A stretch of 36,927 bases of DNA from Octopus bimaculoides. Taxonomy: Eukaryota. Position 1 is the first letter of the stretch. Every line of letters starts with the position of its first letter. The notes under the pieces are model-generated. The model ran no database searches, was not told the origin of the DNA, and saw only the letters and a program-made list of their open reading frames with translations. Where the stretch lies: NCBI RefSeq assembly GCF_001194135.2, contig NC_068981.1, forward strand, positions 92,139,447-92,176,373, given 5' to 3'. The position numbers and the translations under genes are program-made. Shown here piece by piece: positions 36,054 to 36,927 of this stretch.

Positions 36054-36927
36054 ATGAATGTCATTAAATATTGCAATAATAAATATTAAAAATGAGGTGA
36101 ATATATATGTTGATGATTTTAACCCCGAGTGATCAGTTAATGATCTGACATATGATCACGTTAAAACCAGTCATATTCTTTTTTTTTTCATTCACGGTAT
36201 AACTAAGTCTACGCTAGGTAGAATATATGTAAACTTTAAAATTAACTGTAGATTTTATCAAGTAAATGACGAAATACTCCGATGGCAATTCTAATGAACG
36301 TTTACTATACCGCTAATGCTACGGTATGATTTAATACAAATTTGGCCGAAGTTCAGATAAACACAAAGAGAATCTTTAGGCGGAATTGGCTGAATAATTA
36401 AATAAAATAGCTAAACTAGATTGGCAAGAGGGCAAGGTCTGAAATGAAGCACGTATAGTACGAGAAATTGCACAGACGAAAATGTGTTGGTCAGACTGGA
36501 AAGTTATACTATATGCAGTAAGCCTTGCGTATGATAACAATTTGCTACTTAGTTATCTGAAAATTTACTGAACAATCAAAGACCTCAGCGTGATGCGACA
36601 GGAGGTGGACAGTTACTGAGTGAAATGGGTTTGGTTTATGATTAGGAGAGTTGAAGGTTGGCTCGTATACTGATAAGTTGAAGACAAAGTTCAGAGAGGA
36701 AATGACATATAATATATAATTTTATATTAAAAGCTGAAATATAGTTCGGGATTTTGATCATGGAAATCAATTTAGCTGTTATTGGTATTAGCGAGATATG
36801 TGTTGAATAACCGTACCAATCTACTGCGTTATGCACATACATACACATACAGGAACGCACACAAATATATATGTATACATTCAACATATATATATATATA
36901 TGTATGTATGTATGTATGTATATATAT

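Overview
AT-rich, microsatellite-dense eukaryotic DNA from a gapped draft assembly. The SINE sequences look cephalopod (Octopus-like), but this is recognition from memory, not a database match. I found no intact protein-coding gene; nearly all long ORFs in the track are translations of simple repeats or N gaps. The window is mostly decayed mobile elements: three Penelope-like (PLE) pieces (two GIY-YIG tails and one RT region), a CMC/Chapaev-3-type transposase remnant, an internally deleted Tc1/mariner with both TIRs, two Dong/R4-type non-LTR fragments, a short (AAT)n-flanked element sharing a 3' end with one of them, a Helentron-associated (HINE/DINE-1-like) element and several tRNA-derived SINEs. 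The signals not explained by the ORF track are two type I hammerhead-ribozyme folds (4741-4814 +, 26137-26207 -). Both have a palindromic stem III (dimer-type, as in PLEs) and an altered catalytic core. A few orphan splice-site-bounded exon candidates are listed at low confidence. Nothing here demonstrates a new biological system; the hammerheads and the LINE/short-element pairing are the best leads.
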